Of a stretch of DNA of 64,000 nt, positions 23,144 to 39,918 are shown piece by piece. Position 1 is the first letter of the stretch; every line of letters begins with the position of its first letter. The DNA lies in the NCBI RefSeq assembly GCF_009914755.1, contig NC_060930.1. The stretch is one strand, 5' to 3'. The notes below the pieces were generated by a model. It made no database searches, was not told the origin of the DNA, and saw only the letters and a program-made list of their open reading frames with translations. Made by a program: the position numbers and the translations under genes. Origin of the DNA: the human T2T-CHM13v2.0 reference genome, Homo sapiens.

Positions 23144-23527
23144 TGTATTAGTCCGTTCTCACACTGCTGTGAAGAATTACCTGGGACTGGGTAATTTGTG
23201 AAGAAAAGAGGTTTAATTGACTCATAGATCTGCAGGTTTTATAGGAAGCATGGTTAGGAGGCCTCAGAAAACTTACAATCATGGCAAAAGGTGAAGGGGA
23301 AGCAAGCACGTCTTACCATGGCGGAATAGGAGACAGATAGTGAAGGTGGAAGTGCCACACACTTTCAAACAACCAGATCTCGTGAGAACTCACTTAGTAT
23401 CACGAGAACAGCAAGGGGCAAGTCCACTCCCATGATCCAATCACCTCCCACCAGGCCCTTCCCCGGACATGTGGGGATTACAATTCAAAATGAGATTTGA
23501 GTGGGGACACAGAGCCAAACCCTATCA
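23144..23527 (-). mobile_element. MaLR solo LTR (MSTA/THE1-like)
   Basis: tgtattagtccgttctcacactgct...gggacacagagccaaaccctatca, with a 5-bp TSD cccat/cccag. Confidence 0.85.
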
Positions 23528-24286
23528 CCCAGCAACACCTACTACAATACTGCATAGAATAAATACTTTTCAAGTTATTGTTTCTGAAAAACATTATCCC
23601 AAACATAATGTTATTTAAAAAAATAACCATTTTCTTATCCTCACAGTTTCTGTGGGTACTGCAGGGATAGCTTGTATCTCCTCTATGACTTCTGGGACCT
23701 CGGTGGGGAAGACTCAAGGATGTCTGGAGGTGACTCAATGGTGGGCAGGAATCATCTGAACACTTGCTTACTCAACGTGAGCAGTGGTTGATGCCAGCTG
23801 TCAGCCAGGTCCTCAGCTAGGATATACTAAACATAGCTCTCCATGGAGCTGCTTGGGGTTCCCTTCAGCGTGGCTGTTGGATTCTAAGAGCAAGTGTCCC
23901 AAAGAAAACTAGGTGAACAACTTTAATGATCTAGCCTTCTACTGTCATCGTAAGCCTGCCAAGTTTCAAGGAAAGGGAGAACAGATGTCCACCTCTTAAT
24001 TAGAGATATGTCAAAGTCACGTTATAATAACAGCACATTGGATGGAAGATAATGTTGCAACCATCTTTGGGAAATAAAAATCTGCCACAAGTATGGAATA
24101 AATAAACAACGTATGACTCAATGATATTACAGACAGGGCTTTTCTCAAATATTTTGAGCTCTCCTTTAAAAACACAGATCAATAGTATTTTTGCACCCCC
24201 TTGAGGTTAATCAAGGCCCGGTGACTTGCTTTGGTCAATGAAAGTGGATGGAAACAACTTATGTAACTTACTGCAGGAAGCATTTA

Positions 24287-24920
24287 CAGTTGATCCTCAT
24301 TATTCACAAATTCCATATTTGCAAATTTGCCTGCTTGCTAAAATGTCTTTGTAACTCCACAGTCAATACTCACAGCATTTTCTGGTCACTCACAGACATA
24401 TGCATGCACACAGCTTTGGAAAATGCAGGTTGCCCAGTGCACACATTCCCAGCTGAAGTTGGAAAAGGCAAGCTCTGTTTGTTTTAGCTCTCATGCGGTA
24501 GACAATGTCCATTTTACAATCTATGGAGTGCCACCATTTTTGCATTTTTGTGCTTTTTGTTTGCTGTTTAAAACAGCCCCCAGGCTTAGGGCTGAAGTGC
24601 TGTCTAGTGCTCCTCAGTGCAAGAAGGCCGTGATGTGCCTTACAGAGAAGATATATGTGACATTCAGGCATGAGTTATAATGCTGCTGGTCACGAGTTCA
24701 ATGTTAATGAATCAACAACACCTGTTAAATAAGATATCTTTATGCAGAAACACACATAAAACAAGGTTATGTATTGACTGGTTACTGAAAATACTGTGAC
24801 CAGAGGCTTACGGGAACCTAACTCTATATTTCCCCTAGGAGCAGTGGTTCAGTATTTGCTAAATCGGTGTTGATGGTTACTTTAAGGAATGTAACTACCA
24901 CAAATAATGAGAACCAGCTG
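24287..24920 (+). mobile_element. Tigger-family non-autonomous transposon (MER82-like) within an MLT1 LTR remnant
   Basis: TA|cagttgatcctcattatt...aataatgagaaccagctg|TA inverted termini with a TA TSD. Confidence 0.75.
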
Positions 24921-26429
24921 TATTACTGGTGTGGGTCTCTCAGTGCTCTCTTCCCTTGCCAGGGTGATTGTGGAGGTATCTGTTGACATAAAGGTGCCAG
25001 GCTGTACCGTCTCATGGAAAGGGGCTGTCCAAAATCCTCATTCAGACCCAGAGAGGACTCTGCATGAACAAGGAATCAGCTGTTGCTTATGGCCAGTGCT
25101 ATGTGCGGTTGTTTCCACAGCACAACTTAGTCTTTCCTCACCAAACACACCACTAAATATCTGTTCCTAAAATACCGCTTGTAAGGCCAGGCATGGTGGC
25201 TCATGCCTATAATCCTAGCATGTTCTGAGGCCAAGGTGGGTGGATTGCTTGAGCCCAGGAGTTCAAGACCAGCCTGGGCAACATGGCAAAACCCTGTCTC
25301 TACAAAACCAACAAAAAAATTAGCCAGGTGTGGTAGCATGCGCCTGTAATCCCAGTTACTCAGGAGGCTGAAGTAGGAGGATTGCTGGATCCTTGGGAGG
25401 CCGAGGCTGCATGAGCCGTGATTGCACCACTGCACTCCAGCTTGGGTGACGGAGTAAGACCTTGTCTCTAAATAAATAAATAAATGAATAAATACAAAAA
25501 TAAAATATTGCTTGTTAACTGAAAATAAATAGTACTTTTGAAAGACAAAAGGAAGAAACATTTGAGTACTCTGCTCCTCCCCCATCAGCTTCACAGATTT
25601 CAAAATGTGGAAAATAGAACTTATCTCAAAATTTGCTGTACAGCTTAAATAAAATATCTGCTTCATAGTGTCATATAAACATTGATGAAATATAAGCAAA
25701 TAAAAAATTACTATAATTAATCAACAAGAAAACAAACTAACTCGATTATTTTGAAATAACAATATAAAACTTGAATGAAGTTTATTAACTTTAAATAATT
25801 TAAATAATTTAAAGTTTATTAAACTTTACTAAACTTTATTAAACTTGTTCTAAACTGAAATCCTATTATTTTGAAATAAATCCCTTTCTTTCCTTCCTCT
25901 GTTCTTTTATATGACTAGTTACTGCCTTGTAAATACAGATAATGCAGTGTAGTCACCTCTGTTACCTTCACTAATTGCATACTCCAAACCCTGAAAAATA
26001 AACGTCTCCAAATTTAGCCTTAGATTTTCTGCAAATAAAATATTGCCCTCCAAAAAAGACATTGATAAATGTAAAAGATACTCTATAGATTAAAATAACA
26101 GATTTCTTAAGCAATGAAGTAAATTACATCCTTTTTCTTTTTTTAAAAAAAACCTGTGATAAAGTTATATTTTCAACTTTGCAAAGTCACCTAAGCAATG
26201 GATCACATCTGTTACCTAGTTAAACGAAACAAGCTATTTTTTAAAATAAGTTAAAAATTCATTATTTAGCCTTTACTAAGTAAATCGAACTTAGTTCTGC
26301 ATAATAATAGATCTGACAGAACCACTAGAAAGTGCCATGAGTCCTCAGGCCACTGCACAGTTGTTGGGGCAGGAAAGGGCAAGGAAAAGAGAAGACATCA
26401 ATTGCTTTAGAAGCACTAGGCCCATACAA

Positions 26430-28290
<1,861 letters not shown>

Positions 28291-29375
28291 AAATAAAGAA
28301 TACATCTAACAAAAAAAAATTTAAGGGATATTTATTCCTTTTCCAATTGTTATAATAAAACCAGGTGGAAGAGAATGGTTGTAGCAGTTAGAAAAAAAAA
28401 GAATACAAATCTGGGGTTTGGCCATTAAAAGTTATTCATAAAAATGAGAGAAGAAAAGGCAAGAAGAAGTTATTTCACATTACAGACCTCTCCCTGGCCC
28501 CAAAGCCTAACATGTGCTTACCGAGTCAAAAAAGAGACACAGTTGATTCACAAGCTGAAGGTTGGAACTTGAATAGAACCCTAGGCAGGGCAGTGCCCCC
28601 CTGCCCGGCCCAGGTGCCACTAGGCACAGCACCAGAGTAAAAACTCAACAGCGGGGAGGCCGGACCCTCGAGGTTTGGGAGTTTAAGCACCCAACTTCTG
28701 GCTCAGGGATTTGGGGAGTAGGGTAAACAAAACCTACTTGGAAAAGAATTGGGGAAGAAAACCAAAAATTGCCTTCTGCAGGGCTGGGGACAGGGAAGGA
28801 GGCAGGGCCAGGGAAAGGCACATTTCATATCACTAATCTAACTTGGGAGGCTGTGGGGGACCGTCTTCAACTGGCCTTACGAGGAAAGCCACATGGCCGA
28901 TTGGAGAATCCACAGGAGGGAGAGAAGGAAAGGGAATGTAGCTGGTAGGATGCAATAGCCCCTTCCTTTCTGGGCACAGGAGGGCAGCCAGGGCACCAGG
29001 TCCAGGCAGTAACCTCACAAGAACAGCAGTTTTTGCAGCTTAGAGATCACCCACCTGGCCCACCCAGCTACTCATTCTGCTCAGCGTGGGCTGGTGTAGG
29101 GCCACTCTCCGCCCCGAGGGAGTGGACAGCTCTGTAGCTTGGGGCCCTGCCTCTTCTTCTGAGGCAGTACTGCCTCTGCGCCCTTGGCCTGGGGCTCCTG
29201 GCTCTCAGGGGTGGCAACAGCCTTCCCTTCCTGGGCAGCGCCCTTGTCGCTGCAGGCATTGATCTTCCCCCACTCCTGTTCTTCCTCCATAGGTGAGGAG
29301 GCAGAAGAGTCACCCCACCCTCCTTCCCATTTCTCTTGAAGGACAAGCTGCTCTTAGAAACCCTTCTTGAAAGAT

Positions 29376-29377
<2 letters not shown>

Positions 29378-29424
<47 letters not shown>

Positions 29425-29767
29425 TTTTAGACAGGGTATCACTCTGTTACCCAAGCTAGAGTGCAGTGGCGCAATCTCGGCTCACTGCAGCTTCGACCTC
29501 CCCAGGCTCAAGCCGATCCTCCCACCTCAGCCTCCCGAGTAGCTGAGATCACAACCCCAGCACACTCAGCTTTTTTTTTTTTTTTTTTTTTTTTGGAAGG
29601 CAGCTATGCTCTCCACTCTACTATCAACGCTATTTTATTGTATTTTTGTAGAGACGGGTTTTCGCCATGTTGCCCAGTCTGGTCTCGAACTCCTGGGCTC
29701 AAGCGATCACCCCTGTCTTGGCCTCCCAAAATGAAGGGATTACAGGCGTGAGCCACCGTGCCTGGCC
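29378..29767 (-). mobile_element. AluJ-like element inside the MARCKSL1 pseudogene, with a (TAAA)n tail
   Basis: TSD cttgaaagataatt / cttgaaaggcaatt. AluJ-type gctcaagcgatc. Confidence 0.9.
29595..29630 (-). pseudogene. Retroposed 5' half of tRNA-Gly(TCC), followed by A24
   Basis: The minus strand reads GCGTTGATAGTAGAGTGGAGAGCATAGCTGCCTTCC against tRNA-Gly-TCC GCGTTGGTGGTATAGTGGTGAGCATAGCTGCCTTCC as I recall it (32/36). It stops at the TCC anticodon. Confidence 0.88.
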
Positions 29768-29929
29768 TTGAAAGGCAATTTCGTCTTCTTGGAAGTCTCC
29801 TTGCGAGGGAGGGAGCCTCCCCTTTGGCCTCAGCACCCTGGCTAGGGGGTGCTGGCTCCATGGCATTGCCAATGGTCCCGGCTGCCTCTTCTGTTCACAG
29901 GGGCCTACTCCCCTTCACCCTTGGGGGAT

Positions 29930-31560
29930 GTCACCATTGCTTTTCACGTGGCCACCCTCCTGTCCGTTGGCTTTCGCGTGGGGAGTGCCTGCTGCCTCTG
30001 CGGCGGTCACGTCGCCCCGGAGAGCCTCGGAGCTCTGGCTGCCCACGATGGGAGTCCTCTGGGGGGCGCCGGAGCCGTGCCGGGTCCCCGCCGCAGGGGA
30101 CAGTAACGCGGAGTCGGCCTGGCCGGCGGAAAGGGGGTGCTGGGGAACAGAGCCGCACCCCACTCGGCTCGGGAAAGCCCTGGTAACCAAAATTCTTGAA
30201 AAGCACTAGTGTCTGGCCTCGGCACTAACTCTCCCCGAGTCTCGTTAAGCCTGCGGGGATGACTCAGAGGGTCTGGGGTCCTGTCGGGGAAAAGTTCAGA
30301 AACCAGAACAGTTCCAGATTCTCTCCATGTGTCTGTGGTCCCACCACCTCCTCCGCAAGGGACCCTGAAAGCTGTCTGGGACCTAGGACAACTTCTTGGG
30401 ATGAGTACGGCCATTCGCCCTGGCTGAGCCCCAGGAGTGCGGGCAGGGGCCGCGGGGGTCGGGTCGCCAGCCGCCACCTCCTGCCTTTCTCTGCCTGCGG
30501 TGCGCTGGGACACCCTCGAGGCGGCTCAGCGCCCGCGGTTCCCAGCGCGGGCGGGGCCGCGGCAGAGGTTCCCAAACCGGTTGCACAGAAACAGCGCCAC
30601 CCCCTACTGCCCGCGGGGCCACCTGTGTGTGCCTTTCCTTCAAAAACAAAGGCGGGGCGGGGGCGGAAGTGCCTCAAAAGAAGGCGGGCCGAAGCGAGGT
30701 GCGGCTCCCTGTCGCCGCGGAGGGGCGGGGGCAGGACGCGCAACTCCGGCCGGAGCTGTCCGGGGTCGTGAGCCGGCCCCGCCTTGGTGGCGGCGCCCCC
30801 TCGCGGTCCAGAGGCAGACGCATCGGGTGGGCTCGGGTCTCCAGCCCGGCCGGGAGGAGGGACCGGGTCTGCGGAGCGGGGACTCGGGGCCTCGGCGGGG
30901 CGCGCACACGCAGGCGGGGCGGCCCGGGGTGCGGGGCCTCTGCGCGGCTGACCAGGCTCCCAGAGCGTCAGCGCCGCCCATGGCCGAGCCGCTCCAGCCA
31001 GACCCCGGGGCGGCCGAGGACGCGGCGGCCCAAGCTGTGGAGACGCCGGGCTGGAAGGCCCCGGAGGACGCCGGCCCCCAGGTAGGCGCCGACTCGGGAG
31101 CGGAGGGGCTGGGCCCGCCTTCCGGCTGATTTGCAGTGAGGCCAGCGGGTCCCATAGAGTTAAGTAAAAAGTACAGTTTTTTAAATGGTCCCAGTCCCTA
31201 CCCACTATGCTACGCAAACGAGAAACCCCGGTCATTTAGCTCTACCCTCCCCGCTACCCCCAGTGCAGGTCCCATCTCAATTTCTTGTCTTTGCGGGGTG
31301 GTGGGGCGGGGAGGAACTGGTTACGTCCCAGAACGCGCGGTGGAACCCTCCGAACCGAGGGGGTGTAATAGATGCTTGTCTGAAAGTGTGAATCGAGTCC
31401 CCAGCGTGTGGGGTTGGGGCCGCTGCGGTCCCTAATCGCAAGGAGGGGAACCTCGTGGAGGGGAACCTCCCAGACCTAAGGAGCGGGGACCTCAGGCCGG
31501 ACCCCGGGGCGGTGCAGCCCCTAGACAGGACGGCTCCAGGTCGACCCGAGATCATGGCAC
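29930..31560. promoter_or_regulatory. CpG island / HEBP2 promoter with GC boxes and an ETS-like CGGAAGT (30651-30670)
   Basis: Very GC- and CpG-rich relative to the flanks. It contains ggcggggcgggggcggaagt, spans HEBP2 exon 1 and shows no TATA box. Confidence 0.85.
30980..31081 (+). CDS. HEBP2: HEBP2 (SOUL heme-binding protein 2) coding exon 1
   Basis: cccATGG start, MAEPLQPDPGAAEDAAAQAVETPGWKAPEDAGPQ, donor CAG|GTAGGC, inside a CpG island. Confidence 0.96.
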
Positions 31561-31628
31561 CGGTATTTTTGCATCTCACTCCTACCCTCTTAGAATTGCT
31601 TCTCGAAGTTTTCTCTGTTCCACTTTAG

Positions 31629-31764
31629 CCCGGAAGTTATGAGATCCGACACTATGGACCAGCCAAGTGGGTCAGCACGTCCGTGGAGTCTATGGACTGG
31701 GATTCAGCCATCCAGACGGGCTTTACGAAACTGAACAGCTACATTCAAGGCAAAAACGAGAAAG
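31629..31764 (+). CDS. HEBP2: HEBP2 coding exon 2
   Basis: tttag| acceptor, PGSYEIRHYGPAKWVSTSVESMDWDSAIQTGFTKLNSYIQGKNEK (SOUL-family YEIR and GF..L..YI.G.N motifs), donor AAG|GTAAAA. 136 nt. Confidence 0.96.
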
Positions 31765-32454
31765 GTAAAAGCAGTTTTCCTTGTAATTATGCATATTGTG
31801 AAAGAGTCCCCGGGCTTATTATTGAGTTTTAGCTTATTAAAGAAATATCCTTTATAATGGAAAAATAAGCAAGTCATCAAAGACTTGTCTTGTTTTCAGA
31901 CAAGACTCCTCAGGACCAGGGTTACACTGGGTATTACTTTTCAACCTCTGTTCTCTGATTTTGCTGGATGAACTGGGGTTTGGTGTAACTCGTGATAAGT
32001 CCTTTTCTATGGCTAACACCTCAAGATAATTTGGTGACTGGTAGGATCAGAGACGTCAGGAGGCAAGAAGGTACCAAGATTAGAAGCATCAAGTCATAGC
32101 TTTTGGTCTGGCTTTGCTGCTATTTATATTTTAGCAGGTCTCTTAGCCTGTGGGACCTCATTTTCTGAATGGTAAGAAAAAATAATTTACTGACCATGTA
32201 ATCTCTAATTTCCCCTTTTATCTCTAAAAATTAAGAATTTATTAACCCAGAATATCAGTATTACAGAAAGTGGTTTAATGTGGGCAGTGAGCAATTGAGT
32301 AATTTTGGCCTTACTGTTTTAAGATGAAAATTATCTTAAAGGTAAATATGTCAACAATGTGAAGTAAATCAAGGAACCCAGATCAAAAAAGAATAGGTTA
32401 AATGTTTAAAGCTGTCAAAAATACACTAAATTTGCTTTCATTTTTATGTCACAG

Positions 32455-32635
32455 AGATGAAAATAAAGATGACAGCTCCAGTGACAAGCTACGTGGAGCC
32501 TGGTTCAGGTCCTTTTAGTGAGTCTACCATTACCATTTCCCTGTATATTCCCTCTGAACAGCAATTTGATCCACCCAGGCCTTTAGAGTCAGATGTCTTC
32601 ATTGAAGATAGAGCCGAAATGACTGTGTTTGTACG
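32455..32635 (+). CDS. HEBP2: HEBP2 coding exon 3
   Basis: cacag| acceptor, (E)MKIKMTAPV...MTVFVR (SOUL-family KI.MTAPV motif), donor CG|GTAAGT. 181 nt. Confidence 0.96.
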
Positions 32636-32937
32636 GTAAGTGGTAGATAATTTATAGCCTTGCTGACTGCTAGTTTTACTTGCGTGCACTCACAGTTTAG
32701 CTCCAATGCAATTTCAAAAGGCTTTTTCACCCTTCCATAAAATCAGGTCTAATGCATTTTGTGATGTTTTCCTACTGGCTTTGTTGTATATGTTACTGAG
32801 GTCTGTCACAAGATAATAATCACTTCATTTAATGAGTCTATTGCATGCCCTTCATATAAGACACGGTGCAAATTATATGCTCCCAAAACAAAAGACTGCA
32901 ATATAGTTAGACCTGAACAAAAATACCTTAAAACAGA

Positions 32938-35010
<2,073 letters not shown>

Positions 35011-35480
35011 TGGTATGACTCCCACTCTCTCCTTAGACTGCCGTTGCCATCCTCAGCAGTGCCTCTGTATCTGCCACGTGGTTACTGTCCTCTCCCACAT
35101 GACCCTTACAGCAGTCATGTGTGGACGAATCTGTTCCCTTAATACTTGCTTATCCTTTAACTTTCAGAGTGTCACTCTCTTGTCATTTCTCCTGTCCCAT
35201 TTCTTTACCTCCGTTGGCTCCTCAGCTCCCTACCCTAGGATCACTGTCGATGCCTGTTTTAGACCCTCATTTCATAGCCGACTTGTTCTGGGCAATCCAT
35301 TCATATTGCTTCAACTCCCTCAGTCGAATGATTCTCCCATCTATTAAGTGTCTCCAGATCTGATTTCCCTACTTGTTGGACATCTCTCTTTGGGGTTGGG
35401 GGAATCAAACTCAACAACCCTAAAAATGAGCCTTTGCCCAATTCCCACATCTCTGATCTTATAGTGCCTGTCTCAGTTGA

Positions 35481-35681
<201 letters not shown>

Positions 35682-36931
35682 TAGGGACAGGATCTCACTA
35701 TGTTGCCCAGGCTCGTCTTGAACTCCTGGGCTCAAGCAGTCTACTTATCTCAGCCTCCCAAAGCATTGGGTTTACAAGCATGAGCCACCATGCACAGTCA
35801 AGACAGCTTCCTGAGCAAGGAATTTACAGTCACCATCAGCACAATGTTCCTGACAATTGATTGTCAAATCTGGCCCATTCACCTCAAAAATGATTCAGGG
35901 TTTTGTTCCCTCCTCTCTATCACCATTGTGACTTACTCGGGTCTTCCTCTTCTAGGGACCGCACTAAGTCATCTTTGTGTACCCCAGTTCTTGGCACAAG
36001 CCTGACATTCCCAATAGATACTGGGATGTTGATTGATCTTAACTGAATTATTTCTTGACTATTTCACTTCAGTAGCCTGCAAGCCGTCTTCCCTGCCACC
36101 AGTCTTTTCCTTTCCTCTTCCACACTGGAACTGTCATCTTTCTTACCACAATGACAAAAGCCCAAAATCTCCGTTGGATTCCTCTTGCCTCCCCAGGGAA
36201 GCTCAGATTGTTCACACGGTGCACAGTGCCACATATGACCTGGCCCAGCCCTGTCTCAGCAGCTCCCCTTCCCACCACTTGGGCTTCTCACCCTTCATGT
36301 AACATGCCATGTTCTTCCACATCTTGTTACCTTTGACCTCAGGCACGTTAGTCCACTTTTCCTTGCTAAAATTTCCCTGTTTTAAAATGCGTGTGATCAT
36401 AATACTTACTATCTCATAGGGTTGCCATGAAGATCGGATGAGTTAATTTATGTAAAACACTTGGAACATGAGCATCAAGCATTCCTAGCTCTAGTACTCT
36501 CTTTTTCCTCTTCCTGGAGAGCCCATTGCCACCCTACAGGACAAATGACACCTTTTCTGTGATGCCTTCTTCAATTTCTCCACCTAGCTAGGTACTCTGT
36601 CCTGGGGCCCTTCTATTCTTCTTCTTCTAAGTAATAGTGGCTTATTTATAGACGGAAATTTCTTCAAGAATATGACAGCATGTTACTATGTCCATATATT
36701 CCAGCCCCTGGCAAGGCAGGCACGTGGGGGTGAGGGAGGCAAGCACCATATATGTTGTCTGTGTTCTGAATAAAACAGTGAATAGATCATTGTGAAACAA
36801 CACACAGTCAGAGAACAAAAGCTTATTTCTAATTAGAGGGTTCAGTATTTGATTTTAAGGGAAAATGAATTTGAAAACAAATTCCTTTTAGGCAGAACAT
36901 GCTAAGCATTGGTTATTCATCAAGGAAATAA

Positions 36932-37462
<531 letters not shown>

Positions 37463-38110
37463 TAAAGCAGACATGGTTTGTACCCTTAAAAGAGATGACA
37501 CCTCAGCTGAAGCGTGGTAGGATTGATTTTTTGCACTGGCACATTGATAACAGAACTTATACCAAAGAAGGCATATTAGGAAAAGTTTTGTTTCTCAGTG
37601 TTTCTTATTCTTAACCCTCAAAATCAAATTCATCATGCTTGCATGTCAGCAGCTCAGCTAGGTCAGTGCTGTCATGATTTAATCTCAGGATGTTTTTGTT
37701 TATATACTGTAGAATGTATACTTAAACTTTTATTCTCTTTTCCCACTTTTTGTTTTAATCTTTTGACTGTCTTTTCTTCCACTTCCCCACAGCAGCCTCC
37801 TGACTGGATCCTTCCTCACCAGTCTATTATATGTCTGCCTATATTCTAATCCAGATCTTATCAAGTTGCACATTTCAGCTCAACATCCTTGGAAATAACC
37901 TCAAAAGGCCTTAGGCTAATGCACAGGGTTCTTCCTTCTAGTTCTGACTCACCTTCCTGACCTCATTTTATGCCTCACTATGAAAACACTTGGTATTTTT
38001 AGATTTATGGTCTCTTTCCTATCACTCCCCTTTCTTTGTTCAGCAAAACCATCCTCCATTCAGGCCCAACTCAGATGATTCTCCTTACCCCAGATTTAAT
38101 CAGGTCCTCA

Positions 38111-38248
<138 letters not shown>

Positions 38249-38932
38249 CTAGGTAACACAGTAAGACCCTGTCTCTACAGGTTTTTTAAAAAATTAGTCC
38301 GATGTGCACCTGTGGTTCCAGCAACTTGGGAGGCTGAGGTGGGAGGACTGCTTGAGCCCAGGAGGTCAAGGATGCTCTGCCACCATATTCCAGCCTGGGC
38401 AACAGACAGAGTGAGACTCTGTCTCAAAAAAACAAACAAACAAAAAAACCTCAGGATGTATAGAGAGAGCTGCCAGAACGTTGATCTCTTCCATTGGATC
38501 ATAAATTCAGAGAGGTGAAAACTGTATCATATTCATCTGTAATCCAGTGTTTATTCTTTTCCTTAGGAGAGGGAAAAAGGGGCAATGTGCAAGTGAAAAT
38601 CGAGTCTGGAAAAGGGGCTTCTACAGGGGTGTTGGTGTAGTTCTCTGATCAGCAGCACCGGCATGGATGTGGGAGCTCGGAGGAAATACACTCTCAGGCC
38701 CCACCCCAGACCTGAATCTGCATCGTAGCAAAATCCCCAGGTGACCTGTATGCACGTTAAAGGTTTGAGAAGCACAGGGTAGAGCACTTGAGATTGTGTA
38801 GGTTCCAAATCCACCTGTCAACAGATGGAAGGAGGGGATGCATCCTCCTGGGTTTCCTCAGTGCTTCTGAGGTCACATGGAGACTGGGAATCACAGGCAG
38901 GAGTGGTCAGTTCATCTGCTGAGAGGGAGTAG

Positions 38933-39562
<630 letters not shown>

Positions 39563-39912
39563 GAAAAATGAAAGGAAGTTCTGCTGTCAGAGGCAAAACA
39601 TCTGTTTATCATAGACATCAACATGACCTATAAGTAAAGTGCGTGTCTAGTGTCTTCTATTGAGAGTACTACTATTAATTAAGCTTATTTCCAATGTGCC
39701 TTTTTAATGCTTGAAGTTTTATCTACATACACAGGTAACAGAGGACAGTAGTCTGTAAACATATAAATCGGTCATAACTATCGTGGTCTTTATTTCTGTG
39801 AGGATCTAGGGAAATTTCATGTCACTTCCCTCCTTCACTGCATCACAATCATATTCCCTTTTTTTTTTCTTGGATTTGTGTCAGTTGGATGATATCCCCT
39901 CCAGATAGTATC

Positions 39913-39918
39913 AATAAA
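39913..39918 (+). terminator. HEBP2 proximal polyadenylation signal AATAAA
   Basis: AATAAA about 350 nt after the stop, followed by T/GT-rich sequence (tttatcttgtgtgg). Confidence 0.7.

Larger units (their letters stand above)
28323..30183 (-). pseudogene. MARCKSL1P2: MARCKSL1 processed pseudogene (5'UTR, CDS and 3'UTR; start codon mutated, frameshifted, Alu-interrupted)
   Basis: Intronless fragments vGSQSSEALRGDVTAAEAAG...KANGQEGGHVKSNGD, EPAPPSQGAEAKGE, SFKRN, ATPESQEPQAKGAEA and SGPTPAHAEQNE* lie in different frames. ATG is changed to GTG at 30046-30044, and there is a minus-strand AATAAA at 28331-28336. The P2 numbering is from memory. Confidence 0.9.

Noticed and set aside
25775-25855. 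AT-rich quasi-palindromic repeats (aaagtttattaaacttt...)
   Set aside because: Short low-complexity slippage, with no supporting structure.
29595-29630. A functional tRNA gene here, or a functional 5S gene at 3399
   Set aside because: Only 5' fragments are present. The 3' halves and essential internal promoter elements are missing.
30007-31579. Long overlapping ORFs over the HEBP2 promoter (323 aa on -, and 230 aa on + in frame with HEBP2)
   Set aside because: Stop-poor GC-rich CpG-island shadows of low complexity. Nothing in the sequence supports an N-terminal extension beyond the open frame itself.
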